Part shown: piece by piece, positions 9,423 to 19,548 of the stretch
Numbering within the stretch: the stretch's first letter is position 1
Layout of the letters: every line of letters begins with the position of its first letter
Origin: Fidelibacterota bacterium
GTDB taxonomy: Bacteria > Fidelibacterota > Marinisomatia > Marinisomatales > TCS55
Reading direction: 5' to 3'
Length of the DNA stretch: 24,796 nt
Assembly (NCBI GenBank): GCA_027251445.1
Contig: JAPNQO010000015.1
Coordinates: 1 to 24,796, forward strand
Notes under the pieces: generated by a model
What the model saw: the letters and a program-made list of their open reading frames with translations, nothing else
Databases searched by the model: none
Told to the model about the DNA's origin: nothing
Made by a program: the position numbers and the translations under genes

Positions 9423-10916
9423 TCATGCCTCAATTAGATCTAATACTAATCTAATTACATTGCCAGAGGCTCCTTCCTTTGGAGTATACGGTTTTTCTCT
9501 TACTACACCTCCATTATCTGTTTCAGAATCACTCCATGCAGTTCCAGCAATATCAAAATGACACCATGGAATTCCATCCTTAACAAATTCCTTCAAGAAA
9601 GCCCCTGCAGCAATAGTTCCTGCCTGCATGGGTGCACCTATATTTTTCACATCAGCAATCTTTGATCGAATTTGATGACAATATTCTTTCCAAAGTGGAA
9701 GTTCCCAGACTTTTTCTGCCGTAGTATTTGAAGACGATTTAACCTTCTTGATTAGCGTATCATCTGTACCCATAATACCAGTAGCCACATATCCAAGAGC
9801 AACAACGACTGCACCAGTTAATGTTGCAAAATCAAGGATATATTCTGGTTTATAATGCTTACTAGCATAGGATAAAGCATCTGCTAAAATTAATCTTCCT
9901 TCCGCATCCGTATTTAAAACTTCAATAGTTTTACCATTATATGCTTTTAGGATATCTCCAGGCTTATATGCTTTTGCTCCACTTAGATTTTCTGTTGAGG
10001 GCACTATCCCAACAACATTAATCTTAGGCTTTAAATCTGCAATAGCATGCATTGCTCCTAAAACTACGGCAGAGCCACACATATCGAATTTCATTTCATC
10101 CATTTTAGATGCTGGCTTTATAGAAATACCTCCAGAGTCAAAAGTAAGACCTTTACCAACAAGAACTTTGGGCTTCTCTGTCTTCTTAGTACCCCAATAT
10201 TCCATTAAAATAAATTTGGGAGGCTCATCCGTTCCTGCCGCAACACCTGCAAGTCCACCCATGCCCATTTTTATAATTTTTGCCCGATCAAAAACACGTA
10301 CTCGCATTTTTCCACGTTTTCCAATTTTTCGAGCTTCCTGTGCTAATTTCGTTGGAGTAGCAACATTCCCTGGGTGATTTCCAAGATCTCTTGCAAAACA
10401 AACAGCATTTGCTATCAACGAACCTTTCCTCAAGCCAGATCTATCCCAGGTACGAACAATAACCTTCTTCAACATAAAGTTATTTTGTTTGTTCATCGTT
10501 TTATAATCAAGAAATTGGTATGAAGCTAAAATAACGCCCTCTGCTTGCGCCTGAGCTGCTCCATCTTTATCTTGAGCAAATTCTTCCATAAATATATTAG
10601 CAAGCTTTTTTCTAGTGGCCGTCTTAACTGCTGTACCGCTTGCACGCCTAATCTGCTCTAAGTCTAAATTTTTCTTTTCTCCTAATCCAACCGCTATTAA
10701 GCGATGTTTCTTACCATAAAAAATCATTGATTCACCTGCGCGACCTGTCACGTCACCATTTTTAACTGCAGTTTGTAACTGCCCTCCTAAAGTTTCATCA
10801 ACATCTTTTGCCATTGGCGATAATTCCCCTTTTGAAAATACCCCAACAACTATCACATCTGATGGTAATTCAGACCAATTTTTTGTTGTAGCTGAAACTG
10901 TCTTTAAATGTGCCAT
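9423..10916 (-). CDS. pepA: Leucyl aminopeptidase (M17 family)
   Basis: VGKGLTFDSGG, MKFDMCG, NTDAEGRL, DFATLTGA and HFDIAGTA. Start corrected to the ATG at 10916 (MAHLK), which has an AGGAG RBS. The ORF-track start at 11006 lies inside acs. Confidence 0.95.
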   Translation of the reverse strand: MAHLKTVSATTKNWSELPSDVIVVGVFSKGELSPMAKDVDETLGGQLQTAVKNGDVTGRAGESMIFYGKKHRLIAVGLGEKKNLDLEQIRRASGTAVKTATRKKLANIFMEEFAQDKDGAAQAQAEGVILASYQFLDYKTMNKQNNFMLKKVIVRTWDRSGLRKGSLIANAVCFARDLGNHPGNVATPTKLAQEARKIGKRGKMRVRVFDRAKIIKMGMGGLAGVAAGTDEPPKFILMEYWGTKKTEKPKVLVGKGLTFDSGGISIKPASKMDEMKFDMCGSAVVLGAMHAIADLKPKINVVGIVPSTENLSGAKAYKPGDILKAYNGKTIEVLNTDAEGRLILADALSYASKHYKPEYILDFATLTGAVVVALGYVATGIMGTDDTLIKKVKSSSNTTAEKVWELPLWKEYCHQIRSKIADVKNIGAPMQAGTIAAGAFLKEFVKDGIPWCHFDIAGTAWSDSETDNGGVVREKPYTPKEGASGNVIRLVLDLIEA

Positions 10917-10944
10917 ATATACTCCTATATATAATATCTTATAA

Positions 10945-12882
10945 TTATTTTTTTCCTTTAATAAGTTCATCAACAACACTTGGATCTGCAAGTGTTGATG
11001 TATCACCCATATTTTCCATATCTCCTTCTGCTATCTTTCTTAAAATTCGTCTCATAATCTTACCAGAACGAGTCTTAGGTAAAGCAGGGGTGTATTGTAT
11101 TTTATCAGGTTTTGCATGAGGACCAATAATTTTAGTTACACTATCCATAATTCCTTCATTTATATCAGTATTGTCTACTGTCCCTGTCATTAATGTTACA
11201 AATGCATAAATCCCTTGGCCTTTTATTTCATGCGGAAAGCCAACTACAGCAGCTTCTGCAACACCAGTAGCTTTTCCTATAGCACCTTCAACCTCTGCAG
11301 TACCAATACGATGACCAGAAATATTAAGAACATCATCTACTCTTCCAGTTATCCAATAATAACCATCCTTATCTCTACGGGCACCATCACCAGTAAAATA
11401 GTAACCAGGCACTTGTGAGAAATATGTATCAATGAATCGTTGATGATCTCCATAAACTGTTCTCATTTGGCCTGGCCAGGATTGCTTGATTGCTAGAAGC
11501 CCTTGAACATTATTTCCTTCTATTTCTTTTCCATCATCTGATAATAGAACAGGCTCTATGCCAAAGAACGGGTTTGTTGCTGATCCAGGCTTAGTAGGTG
11601 TAGCACCTGGAAGTGGAGAAATTAATATTCCACCTGTCTCCGTTTGCCACCAAGTATCAACAATTGGACATTTACCTTTTCCAACAATATTATAATACCA
11701 CATCCATTCAGGTTCCTTAATTGGTTCTCCTACTGTGCCTAATAATTGTAAGCTTGAAAGATTGCGACTTATTACATGATCATCACCTTCTTTCATTAAG
11801 GCACGCAGAGCAGTAGGGGCTGTGTAAAACTGTTTTACTTTATGCTTATCAACCACATCCCAAAACCTTCCAAAATCCGGATAATTAGGAACACCTTCAA
11901 ACATTATAGTTACTGCTCGATTTGCTAACGGACCATATACAATATATGAATGTCCTGTAATCCACCCAATATCAGCTGTACACCAATAAATATCACCCGG
12001 TTTGTAATCAAATATTTTTTCGTGAGTAAATGAAGTATAAACAAGATATCCGCCTGTTGTATGCATTACTCCTTTTGGCGTTCCAGTGGAGCCAGATGTA
12101 TATAATATAAAAAGAGGATCCTCTGCATTCATTTCTTCAGGAATACACTCCAAATCAGCGTTTTCCATCATTTCATGCCACCATAAATCACGGTCACTTT
12201 TAATCTCAACATCAACACCTGTTCTTTTAACGACTATTACATGCTCAATAGAAGGTGTTTCAGATACTGCTTTATCAGCATTTGCCTTCATTGGAATATT
12301 CTGTTTTGTTCCACGAACTCCAGTGTCTTGTGTAATCAAAACTTTACATGAAGAATCATTAATACGATCTCGAAGAGATTCTGGACTAAATGCGCCAAAG
12401 ACTACCGAATGCACCGCTCCTATCCTTGCGCATGCGAGCATTGCAATTGGTAATTGGGGAACCATTTGCATGTACAAGCATACTCGATCACCTTTTTCTA
12501 CTCCAATACTTTTTAAAACATTAGCAAATTTTTTCACCTCAGAAAGTAACTCATCATAAGTAAATGATTGGTCTTCTTGAGGATTATTTCCTTCCCATAT
12601 GATAGCGCTTTGATCGCCAAAACCATTTTCAACATGACGGTCTAAACAATTATAACTTACATTTAGCTTCGCACCATCAAACCACTTTATTGAGCCCTTT
12701 ATAAAATCATATTCTCGAACTTTATCCCATTTTTTAAACCATGTGATTCGATTTGCAATTTCTGCCCAAAAATTTTCTGGGTTTGATATAGATTGATTAT
12801 ATAAATCATTATATTGATCCAATGATTTAAAATATGCATTATCCGAAAATTCTTTATTAGGAGAAAATAAATTATCTGACAT
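10945..12882 (-). CDS. acs: Acetyl-CoA synthetase (acetate--CoA ligase)
   Basis: [53 protein letters not shown] and [11 protein letters not shown] (acetylation-site lysine). Confidence 0.97.
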   Translation of the reverse strand: MSDNLFSPNKEFSDNAYFKSLDQYNDLYNQSISNPENFWAEIANRITWFKKWDKVREYDFIKGSIKWFDGAKLNVSYNCLDRHVENGFGDQSAIIWEGNNPQEDQSFTYDELLSEVKKFANVLKSIGVEKGDRVCLYMQMVPQLPIAMLACARIGAVHSVVFGAFSPESLRDRINDSSCKVLITQDTGVRGTKQNIPMKANADKAVSETPSIEHVIVVKRTGVDVEIKSDRDLWWHEMMENADLECIPEEMNAEDPLFILYTSGSTGTPKGVMHTTGGYLVYTSFTHEKIFDYKPGDIYWCTADIGWITGHSYIVYGPLANRAVTIMFEGVPNYPDFGRFWDVVDKHKVKQFYTAPTALRALMKEGDDHVISRNLSSLQLLGTVGEPIKEPEWMWYYNIVGKGKCPIVDTWWQTETGGILISPLPGATPTKPGSATNPFFGIEPVLLSDDGKEIEGNNVQGLLAIKQSWPGQMRTVYGDHQRFIDTYFSQVPGYYFTGDGARRDKDGYYWITGRVDDVLNISGHRIGTAEVEGAIGKATGVAEAAVVGFPHEIKGQGIYAFVTLMTGTVDNTDINEGIMDSVTKIIGPHAKPDKIQYTPALPKTRSGKIMRRILRKIAEGDMENMGDTSTLADPSVVDELIKGKK

Positions 12883-12987
12883 CTCTAGAATTCCTTAATT
12901 ATGTTTTTGTTTAAAGCATCCTCCAAAAACCTCTATAAAAGAGAGGATACAATTTATATTAAGGAAGTTATTTTTGAATGGTTTTTT

Positions 12988-15900
12988 CTATTTTAGAAAT
13001 ACTAATTTTTTAGTATTGGTAAAACTATTTGTTTCCATTCTATATAAATACATTCCAGAGGGGATTGTACGGCCAAATGAATCTTTCCCATTCCAGGTAA
13101 CTTCATGGTATCCGGCAGAAAATCTATCATTTACAAGCTTAATCATTTCTCTTCCTAAAAGATCATAAATTGCTATCTGTGTATATGCTTCTTCTGGAAG
13201 TTCAAACTGTATAGATGTAAAAGGATTAAAAGGATTGGGATAGTTTTGACTTAAAGCATAATGATTTGGGATTGGTGTAATTTTAAGTACAGTTGATCCA
13301 TGGAGTATCTCTTTACCCTCATTATCATAAAATCTAGCTTGTATATTTTGATGATAATCTCTTTTTGTATTAAGGTTTAAGTTAATAGAAAAAACAGAGT
13401 CTATACTTTCTCCTAGAGATGCAAAAGTATATGCTTTTATATTAGCTAAAGTATCTTCATTAATAAAAATAAGATTATTTAACGCTAAAGAGGCATTAGA
13501 AAGGTTCATTACTTGATTATCAAGATCAGTAAAAATTATTTGTCCTGCACTTGTATATGAGGGTAAATCAATATGTAATTGTCCTTTATTATAAGTTGCA
13601 TCTAGAAATATTTGGCTTCCTGGTTCTAATAAAATTGTTGGGATATAAGTTTTATAGTACCAATTCCACATTCGTGAAAAAATCGCAAGGTCTCGTAAAT
13701 TTGCTTCACCATCAAGAGCAGGAGCATAATGTGGTGGGTCAAAATTTACTGGAGCAAGATCTATATTTGGCCAAAGAGTATTAAAACGGACTACGTCGGC
13801 TACATCTAAAACATAATTACTATCTAAATCACCCCAGAGTGTACTATACATCGTAATGGAGTCTGTCATATATAATCTATTAAAGCTAATTACACTATCA
13901 AAAGTGAAGAATAAAGTATCTGCAGTTAGTAATTGTTCATTTAAACTAATCGTAATTATGCTATCTGAATAGTTTATATCATAAGGTATTGTATCAAAAC
14001 CAGTATTCTTTAGTTTAAACTTAAATCCTGATATGTCTTTATTAAATTTAAAATTGATTTGTTCTAAAGATGATACATCCAAATAATCATTTATTGATGG
14101 CGATATCGTATCTATTCTAGCGGGTAAATTATCAAAATATATTCCATCTGTACGAACTGAATCAGATTTATTCCCTGCCATATCTACTGCACGAATTGCT
14201 ACAAAATATTTCATATTCTTATTTAATCTTAAGTCTGTAATTGTTGTAGAGTCAGATAAAGTATCAATTGCAAACCAATCTAGCACTTTGGCTGTGTCTG
14301 GCTCATCAAGAATACTGATCTCATAATTTCCTATAATAAAATTATCAGTGAAATCTTGCCAATGGACATTCAATAAAGTGGAATCAGTAGTCCAGTCAAG
14401 TTCATCAATAGGATCAAAACCATCGCTAATGTTTCCAACTGAAGGTGCAACAATATCAACAATAAAACCATCACCTAAAATTGTATCAGAAATGTTACCC
14501 GCCCAGTCAACAGCATACGCACTAGCAAAATATTGAAAATTAGGTTGAAGAGTTAGCCCCTCTAATAAAGTATCAGCAATTCCATTGGTTTCTGCCCAAG
14601 GTATTACATTTCCTACACCTGGTGAAGTTCCTACTGCAAAGCCAAAGCGCAGTATGCCAGATAATAAATCTCCACCATTCATACCCAATCGTAAAGAATC
14701 AGTACTTGGAGTAAAATCTTTGTCCTCCATAATACTACATTCATACAGATAATTAATAAATGGGGATGAATTATCAAGGATTACTCTTGAATTATCAGTT
14801 GATTGTGTACTCACACCACCTGGGTTACCAGCTAAATCAGAAGGAGTAAAATTAAACGACACTACTCCTTCTACATCAGATACCTGCATCGTTCTTGTTG
14901 CAATCCAATTATCACCAATTCTTGTAACATTATCAGCTGTATCATTTGCTATTAAAACAAAAGGCGTCATGATTTCCTCTAATGGACGAAACGTAACTGA
15001 TACATCATCGCCATATTTTGCACCTTGGCTTGAATATAGATTATCTGATTCAACGGCAATACTATCAATAATTGGACCTGTTTGATCTATTCTAATTTGA
15101 TTTGCGCTTGCAGCTCCTATTTTTGTATAACCTGCAAAATCATTAATACGCGCAGTAAATAAAGCTAATGCCCCTTCTTGATAATATTGTGAATTGATAA
15201 ATTCTATTCTACTAATTGAAATAGTGAGAGTATCATTAACATTAGATTCTGCAATAGTAGTCAGATCTCCAATATCTAATGTATCACTTCCGTCAAAACT
15301 AACAAGAACCTGTACGGCACCATCAATTAAACTTATATCATTATCAATTGGGACCGTAACTAAAATACTTTGGTTTGTACTATTCCAAAAACCATTTACA
15401 ACAGTCCCACCATCACTAATTACTTGACCAACGTTAAAGTTTGATGGAGGAGTCTGATCAAATAAAACGTACGAATCATTGGTAGTACTATCAATACTTG
15501 AGCTATTACCAACGAGATCAATAGCATTAATTGTAAAACTAACTCTTCCTTCACTTTCTGCGCCGGTTATACCATATTTAGCTCGAAAGTAATTATTATT
15601 TAATGCAGAAATTGAGTTTGCTGGACTATTTAAAATTGTTACTGATGAGTCAGAGACATTCTCGTGCACTCTGAATGTTAATATGATAGTATCATTAGCT
15701 CCTGCAAGAGATGAATCAGCAGCATTTGATGATATAGATACCATGGGAAATACTGGATTAGTACCATCAAAACGAACATAACTACTATCTGTTGTAGATG
15801 TAATATCTCCATAATCATTTCCATTTAAATCTGTATAATCAATTACAAATGGAACAATTCCATCTTGATCCTCATTCCCAGCAATAATGTGATATAAATA

Positions 15901-18900
15901 ACGGTTACTTGCTGGAGACTCATCTTCTGCTGTTCTAGAATTAATCTCAGAGCTTGTTAAATTAATTGGCATGTCTGTTCTTAATTCGACAATAATTGAA
16001 TCACCTGGTCTTGCTAATGAATCTCCATAGCTACTATTAGATTTAATTTTTGATAATAAGACTTCTGGACCTGCAGCACTAAAATCAACACTACTTCCAT
16101 CATCAACAGAATTATAATTTGAACTCATATTTCTGGCTGTATCACCTACAGATAAAACAAATGGCAACACACCTTCAGTTTCTGATCCTGTCATTCGCCT
16201 GAAAACTCTTGAAGAGAATCCATTAATATGTTCATATCCATCAAAAGACTGTTCTCCAATTGTACCTGAAACAGTATCAATCCCCTCTAATTGTCCGGTA
16301 AATTGAATATAAACTGTATCTCCAAGAATAGCTCTAGTAGGATCATCATTTGTAGAAAAAATTGTCTTCCCTATTAATGTTGGACTAGTTTGATCGATTT
16401 TTAAAATTGAAGAACTAGTATCGCCCGTTGTTGAGTTACCTGGTGCATCCCACATTATACTATATATTTCTACAGATGCATTTTCTGTAAATCCCGTTAA
16501 TTCTTCAAACACAGAATCTGGAAAAGTAATGGTATAATTTGTTCCTATATGATTTGCCTGGATATCATATGCAGGCGGAAATAGTTGCCGAGATGGTGGA
16601 GAATTAAAAATAACGTACGGATGGGCTATACCTTCAGTAAGCGTTGGATCATTATCAATAGGAATGGTGATACTTAGTCCGTTATTTGTACTATTCCAAA
16701 AACGTTGAGCAACTGTGCCTCCAATAGGTGCTACTAATCCAGTGGTATATGATGCAGGATTTGTCATATCACAAATCACACTAGAATTATTATTGGTTGT
16801 TGTTCTCGTATCTGAATTACCAGAAAAATCAGCATAGTTAAATGAAAAACTTATTGTTCCCTCCTGGTCACTACCTTCTATAATTATACCTCCTATAAAT
16901 GTTGAGTCATCATTACTATTTGTTATAGTTGCTACTTTATTTAAGATTGTACCATTTACTGTTGCAGACCTGAGTTTCTCACTGGATTGTAATTTAACAA
17001 AGACACTATCTCCTAATTTTGCATAGCTATTATTATTATTATTAGAATATGTTGTGACAAATATAGTTGGCGTCACATCGTCATATGTTACGGTTGAACT
17101 ATTTGTAACATTTATCAAAGTATCTGGATTGCCATATGTATCATGATATGGTATGGAAAATGAAACAGGTCCATTAGTCTCACCACCAGCAAACGTATAG
17201 CTTGCAGTATACTCATTACCATTCACATTAGTAATGGTAGCGTTATTCCCTTGGATTATTGCAGTTGGAGTAAGTACGGCTTCTGCAGTAGTGAAAGATA
17301 CCGTAACTGTATTGCCAATTTTAGCATATGTTGTGTCGGCATTATTGGATGCAATTGATATAGGATTTGAACTATTTAATACTTGTTTTACCAGTAGAGT
17401 ATCGACTGAACGAGTACCAATTGTTTCGTTTCCAGCATTATCGATTAATTTTGTAGTTATTTTTAATCGTGCATTTTCTACAAACCCAGGAACATTTTCT
17501 AAAAAATCTGCACTAGTTATTGTACTCATTGAATCAACTAAATCATTAGTAGTGATGATATAATTTTCACCAAAATCTGTATATGCACCATCATTAATAC
17601 TTATTCTCATTTTTACATTCGCACCTAATAATGCATTTGGGTCATAAATAGGGTCTAATAGAGCAGGATTAATCAACGTTGCAGGTGCATTATTTATCCA
17701 TCCTGTTGCATCACATGTACCATTGCTGTTGCCTGTCTGATCATTAAGGGCTGTGCCAGTTCCTTCACCCATTTTCCAGTAACTAACTAAACCTGTCTCA
17801 TCACCATTGAGAGTCCATGAACGAAATCCTGCAATTTCTGATTGACTTCGTGCATAATTCCATAATCGCACATCACAAACCTGTCCATTGAAATAATTGA
17901 AATTTGCATCATTTTTAAATTTTCCAATAAAAAGTTCTGAACCTGCAACATGATCATAATCTACATTCCCTGTTCTACTAACGCTGTTAACCAATACGCC
18001 ATTTTTGTATATTTTAATTTCAGAGCCATTATAGGTCCCTGCTAAATGAGTCCATACGCCATTTTGAATACTCGTAGCAGGATTCGATTCCCATTGATCT
18101 TGCGGTGAGCCATTTGTTACAATAAAAAACCGCCATAATCCATTAAAATATACAAAACCATATCCTGACTCATCTCCACCCACGGCTTGTCCATAGGAAA
18201 TCATTCCATCATATGTATCAGCAGATTGTACTTTAGCCCATACTTCAAGGGTTAAAGTGTTTAATTGTAATCCATTTGATCCATGACTAGTAACGCTTGA
18301 TGAATTATCGTTATAAAAACGACTCCATCCATTTAATACATTAAAGTCAGATATTGCAGTATCTGGAGGGAGAGTTAAAAAAACTTCTAAATTAGTATTT
18401 AAACTATTCCATACTTGATCTCGAGTCCAAGGCTCTCCTCCTCTAGGAAATAAATGTCCAGTATTATATGCAGTGGGACCAATACGATCCACAATAACCT
18501 TTGAATTATTTGTTGTTTGGGTAACGGTTTGTCCTGGGATATTATCTGAGCTAATGAAATCAACTGAAAATAAGACGGGTCCCTCCGCATCGCTTGCAGA
18601 AATAGTTTTTGTTGCAGTAAAATCTGTTCCGCTCCCTGTACTACTTACAACTTCCCCATTCATAATAACTGTAGGTGGAGCAATTAAATCAGTATTTGAA
18701 GTCATGGATAGAGTTACCTCATCATTATTTACCGCACCTGTTGGATTATCTATCGGGCCTGTAATGCCAAGAGTATTAAATACAGGAGCACCATAAATAT
18801 TAACGTTATCGAGGTACCAATAATTAATATTGTATGAAAATGTTCCATGTGTTCGGAAGCGAATTTGCAAAGTATCTATATCCCTTAATCCAGTTAAGAA

Positions 18901-19548
18901 AAAACTATTAGTACCCCATGGGATATCAACGGCACCTAATGATGCATCTGCAAGAAATGTTAAGGCATTTTCCCAACCTGAGCCTGTACAATATTCGACC
19001 TCAAGATATTCGTTTGTTGATGTACTTTCCCAAGCATCAAAATACATATCAAAGGATATTTTTATATCCGAAAATTCAGATATATTAATTAAAGGTGAAT
19101 ACATTGCAGTTGAGTAATCTCTTGTGTGGGAATACTTGAATCTAGCCACAGGCGCGGAAGACCAAAATGGGGCGCTTGAATGTTTTTTCCAAACTTGCAC
19201 ATCGCTACAATATGGATATGTATTATCAGTAGGGTTACACGTTAAGAAGAATGAATCGGGAGGAGTTAAAGATGAATAATATTGATCTTCATTACCGCTA
19301 CAAGATCCATCCATACAATCATAATCATCACTAGCACTTCCAAAACTAGACCATTGAGCAGAAACCCATTTATCAAAATTCGTACCCACGCCTTGGGAGA
19401 ATGTTTCAATAAATGGAAGAGTTTCATAAGATGTGGTTCCATCAACAATTACAAAATCTCCAGGATCCGTATCTGTACCATACAGTATTACAAATGGAGA
19501 AAAAGATAGAATGAAAAAAGAAATATTTATTTTCATTCTGAATTTCAT
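12988..19548 (-). CDS. Giant secreted multidomain surface protein (2186 aa): MAM/cleaved-adhesin-like N-domain, LamG, Ig-like repeats, FN3-like pair, dockerin-like motif and T9SS-A/FlgD-Ig C-terminal domain
   Basis: Signal peptide, LamG motifs (TLEVWAK, WTHLAGTY, IYKNG, FNGQVCDVRLW, GLVSYW) and repeated DxAGN and DxTxP linkers. It also has a GDLDSNYVLDVAD motif and the C-terminal LSQNYPNPFNP..IYDLLGR..WNGKD..SGMYLYR..KKLVFLK. Confidence 0.9.
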   Translation of the reverse strand: MKFRMKINISFFILSFSPFVILYGTDTDPGDFVIVDGTTSYETLPFIETFSQGVGTNFDKWVSAQWSSFGSASDDYDCMDGSCSGNEDQYYSSLTPPDSFFLTCNPTDNTYPYCSDVQVWKKHSSAPFWSSAPVARFKYSHTRDYSTAMYSPLINISEFSDIKISFDMYFDAWESTSTNEYLEVEYCTGSGWENALTFLADASLGAVDIPWGTNSFFLTGLRDIDTLQIRFRTHGTFSYNINYWYLDNVNIYGAPVFNTLGITGPIDNPTGAVNNDEVTLSMTSNTDLIAPPTVIMNGEVVSSTGSGTDFTATKTISASDAEGPVLFSVDFISSDNIPGQTVTQTTNNSKVIVDRIGPTAYNTGHLFPRGGEPWTRDQVWNSLNTNLEVFLTLPPDTAISDFNVLNGWSRFYNDNSSSVTSHGSNGLQLNTLTLEVWAKVQSADTYDGMISYGQAVGGDESGYGFVYFNGLWRFFIVTNGSPQDQWESNPATSIQNGVWTHLAGTYNGSEIKIYKNGVLVNSVSRTGNVDYDHVAGSELFIGKFKNDANFNYFNGQVCDVRLWNYARSQSEIAGFRSWTLNGDETGLVSYWKMGEGTGTALNDQTGNSNGTCDATGWINNAPATLINPALLDPIYDPNALLGANVKMRISINDGAYTDFGENYIITTNDLVDSMSTITSADFLENVPGFVENARLKITTKLIDNAGNETIGTRSVDTLLVKQVLNSSNPISIASNNADTTYAKIGNTVTVSFTTAEAVLTPTAIIQGNNATITNVNGNEYTASYTFAGGETNGPVSFSIPYHDTYGNPDTLINVTNSSTVTYDDVTPTIFVTTYSNNNNNSYAKLGDSVFVKLQSSEKLRSATVNGTILNKVATITNSNDDSTFIGGIIIEGSDQEGTISFSFNYADFSGNSDTRTTTNNNSSVICDMTNPASYTTGLVAPIGGTVAQRFWNSTNNGLSITIPIDNDPTLTEGIAHPYVIFNSPPSRQLFPPAYDIQANHIGTNYTITFPDSVFEELTGFTENASVEIYSIMWDAPGNSTTGDTSSSILKIDQTSPTLIGKTIFSTNDDPTRAILGDTVYIQFTGQLEGIDTVSGTIGEQSFDGYEHINGFSSRVFRRMTGSETEGVLPFVLSVGDTARNMSSNYNSVDDGSSVDFSAAGPEVLLSKIKSNSSYGDSLARPGDSIIVELRTDMPINLTSSEINSRTAEDESPASNRYLYHIIAGNEDQDGIVPFVIDYTDLNGNDYGDITSTTDSSYVRFDGTNPVFPMVSISSNAADSSLAGANDTIILTFRVHENVSDSSVTILNSPANSISALNNNYFRAKYGITGAESEGRVSFTINAIDLVGNSSSIDSTTNDSYVLFDQTPPSNFNVGQVISDGGTVVNGFWNSTNQSILVTVPIDNDISLIDGAVQVLVSFDGSDTLDIGDLTTIAESNVNDTLTISISRIEFINSQYYQEGALALFTARINDFAGYTKIGAASANQIRIDQTGPIIDSIAVESDNLYSSQGAKYGDDVSVTFRPLEEIMTPFVLIANDTADNVTRIGDNWIATRTMQVSDVEGVVSFNFTPSDLAGNPGGVSTQSTDNSRVILDNSSPFINYLYECSIMEDKDFTPSTDSLRLGMNGGDLLSGILRFGFAVGTSPGVGNVIPWAETNGIADTLLEGLTLQPNFQYFASAYAVDWAGNISDTILGDGFIVDIVAPSVGNISDGFDPIDELDWTTDSTLLNVHWQDFTDNFIIGNYEISILDEPDTAKVLDWFAIDTLSDSTTITDLRLNKNMKYFVAIRAVDMAGNKSDSVRTDGIYFDNLPARIDTISPSINDYLDVSSLEQINFKFNKDISGFKFKLKNTGFDTIPYDINYSDSIITISLNEQLLTADTLFFTFDSVISFNRLYMTDSITMYSTLWGDLDSNYVLDVADVVRFNTLWPNIDLAPVNFDPPHYAPALDGEANLRDLAIFSRMWNWYYKTYIPTILLEPGSQIFLDATYNKGQLHIDLPSYTSAGQIIFTDLDNQVMNLSNASLALNNLIFINEDTLANIKAYTFASLGESIDSVFSINLNLNTKRDYHQNIQARFYDNEGKEILHGSTVLKITPIPNHYALSQNYPNPFNPFTSIQFELPEEAYTQIAIYDLLGREMIKLVNDRFSAGYHEVTWNGKDSFGRTIPSGMYLYRMETNSFTNTKKLVFLK
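13666..13836 (-). other. Dockerin-like (EF-hand type) module within the giant protein
   Basis: Two Ca-binding-like segments, WGDLDSNYVLDVADVVRF and DLAP...LDGEANLRDLAIFSRMW, each followed by an amphipathic helix. Confidence 0.6.
15374..16703. repeat. Intragenic duplicated-module signature: identical 19-mer tttgtactattccaaaaac at 15374-15392 and 16685-16703
   Basis: Exact DNA match covering the FWNSTN core of two homologous protein modules (GGTV..FWNSTN..I.IPIDND). Confidence 0.8.

Noticed and set aside
10917..11006. 30-aa N-terminal extension of PepA in the ORF track
   Set aside because: It overlaps the acs 3' end. The ATG at 10916 has a good AGGAG RBS and gives a normal-length M17 peptidase.
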